Positions 23,701 to 24,205 of a stretch of DNA of 24,205 bases are shown piece after piece. Positions within the stretch are counted from its first letter, which is position 1, and every line of letters begins with the position of its first letter. Both the position numbers and the translations under genes were made by a program. Where the stretch lies: contig JBDGRE010000022.1 in assembly GCA_042218325.1 (NCBI GenBank), positions 1 through 24,205 of the forward strand, given 5' to 3'. Source of the stretch: Candidatus Nanohaloarchaea archaeon. GTDB lineage: Archaea; Nanohalarchaeota; Nanosalinia; Nanosalinales; Nanosalinaceae. The notes below the pieces were generated by a model. The model was not told the origin of the DNA. It saw only the letters and a list, made by a program, of their open reading frames with translations, and ran no database searches.

Positions 23701-24205
23701 CTGTTCACCTCTTTCCGTACCTCTCCGAGATCGTGTGTGACGAAAGAGGTCTGGTTGAGAGCTACCGCCTTCAACATGGCGCGGCCCGAACCCAAGAAGA
23801 CGGTTTCCTTGAGCGACTGGTTCACAGAAACTCTGCTGCCCGAGATATCGACGATATGCACTGTATCGCCGTCGCCGTACGCTATCTCCTTTCTCGGGTC
23901 GCTGTCGTACTGCGTGAACTGGTAACCCTCGTCCATGCCGCCGGTATCGAACGAAAACAGCCTGCGGCCATCCATCCCGAAGATCGACAGGTTGTCGCCC
24001 TGCCTCGCGGTCAACCAGTCCTCGCCCGGGAACTCCTTCAGCCTGGAAGCAACCCGGCCGAGCTCGAAAGAACCGGTCTTCTCACCGCCCTCGACGCTCC
24101 TGTACACCAGGCTCGACCCATCAACATACGCTATCCTGTCACCGGTAACTACAGGCCGGAAACGCTCAGGCCCCACCTCACGCTCCCACACCACAGAACC
24201 GTTCT
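20670..24205 (-). CDS. Large (>1170 aa, 5'-truncated) extracellular-type protein: beta-propeller-like N-part, peptidase C25 (gingipain)-like domain, Ig/CARDB-like C-part
   Basis: Frame is open to the window edge. 'YSDLAYGDLDGDGRLEAGVGRYP', 'FLENGASSYLGFS', 'TLGESL' and 'LYGNP' resemble C25 motifs. 'VRVVLENPNSF' is Ig-like. Many NxS/T sequons. Confidence 0.7.
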   Translation of the reverse strand, partial: NGSVVWEREVGPERFRPVVTGDRIAYVDGSSLVYRSVEGGEKTGSFELGRVASRLKEFPGEDWLTARQGDNLSIFGMDGRRLFSFDTGGMDEGYQFTQYDSDPRKEIAYGDGDTVHIVDISGSRVSVNQSLKETVFLGSGRAMLKAVALNQTSFVTHDLGEVRKEVNRTGLEPVGVGDVSGVASVQSVNEAFNISKPKYFAGSREKAVYVAALAAKNNATLTFDESDADRDFSNYSVNELQKRFVQEFRPHHVAVADLDSDRGTLAAYMAVRQGVLPVEFEQEVDYPSEEELQNQELDAGDWNTDNGVIKLERKIREAFERIGENRNTVFDGKYVSLLDGPRKLYRDPVEKGLIDDGKDGSYFYSDLAYGDLDGDGRLEAGVGRYPSEVGDASAVYHRSLVRESDKEAVLAGEYLHSRWPVILATFGGGMWDVKNLGYVLKKQDFDVERLVEQRSQPVALITDLLGFPTKMDLFVGEVKTAKDQIGKYVGATGAAAVKNAAFVVRGLNYAERVLQLYLEFDWRGWQPLKQDIDVPDGASIEELRQAAFSFLPDRHPELTKRSLVNRMQGKDVIYLQLIGNSTGYTMPNNRSGFVHDSYSGGERLKAGELPEVDRSIVWDSSINAGMHSSELKRAFLENGASSYLGFSSVSYEAYTSYISRRFFRHGNTLGESLKESVNDLRSAFIVYNPASAYRTGVREKMEKSLSLYGNPEMPKDPVEKPELNTSRACEEGVCEIEVRIDPGPKVIKQDGKKQFVFNATDYLVKGLAPITPLYSYSHELPDRAEVISSDVSYSYRNVSGVARSRNHLLSHSGSFENRSIDRGKFPGKLYRLNSSRLEYVQAAIQYGENSSRILEQGSTTVRYRSPVTVELERDGGSIVANVFSSKQRNVSLAYSIDRERGSKPVQLEKGKNRIVLKNLNSGVHDVEAYIYQKDVLARAEKEIRVPQDIETVVFSPDIHLGSVREVRVVLENPNSFSVTRTAEISMSENLQLGFLERPSKEVEIGPHSSKQVSWEVTGIATGEAEVEVAGSQDELVVRPATDIKSIMTPAKLAQSLSSPGTDFSVSRSHSGRSVRLDTQKGYASYTVNSTHRISILDTRTFRASIKKNPETVLRKVMTDRGRYVQVTRDGRTKERTYGVAPDDPDKKLELLRKEIENLEERYQASEARMLKTKRNTE

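Overview
Archaeal chromosomal segment. The acidic proteins, compact overlapping operons and DPANN-type hypothetical families suggest Nanohaloarchaeota (inference). The right half is a replication locus: an oriC-like region with six ORB-like boxes around an AT-rich element, then cdc6/orc1, PolD DP1 and PolD DP2 (with a 474-aa LAGLIDADG intein ending Gln-Asn). It also holds a CBS protein, three tandem divergent paralogs, DUF167, dnaG, and a partial large gingipain (C25)-like protein that appears catalytically dead. The left half is a sulfur/redox and envelope cluster: APH-type kinase, two half-size MMPL/RND genes (the first disrupted), COG1361-like protein, DUF2892, cysteine desulfurase, Cys-rich membrane protein, OsmC, a PRTase pseudogene, glutaredoxin and an OxsR-like HTH regulator. 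The main unannotated signals are: (1) a 25-bp palindromic operator TGTA-N5-GTTSAAC-N5-TACA before the regulator, glutaredoxin and the MMPL operon; (2) an H/ACA-like guide RNA at 9571-9657 predicted to target 23S rRNA helix 69; (3) a dispersed GAAAC...GTTTC hairpin repeat family. All family assignments come from motif recognition, not database searches.
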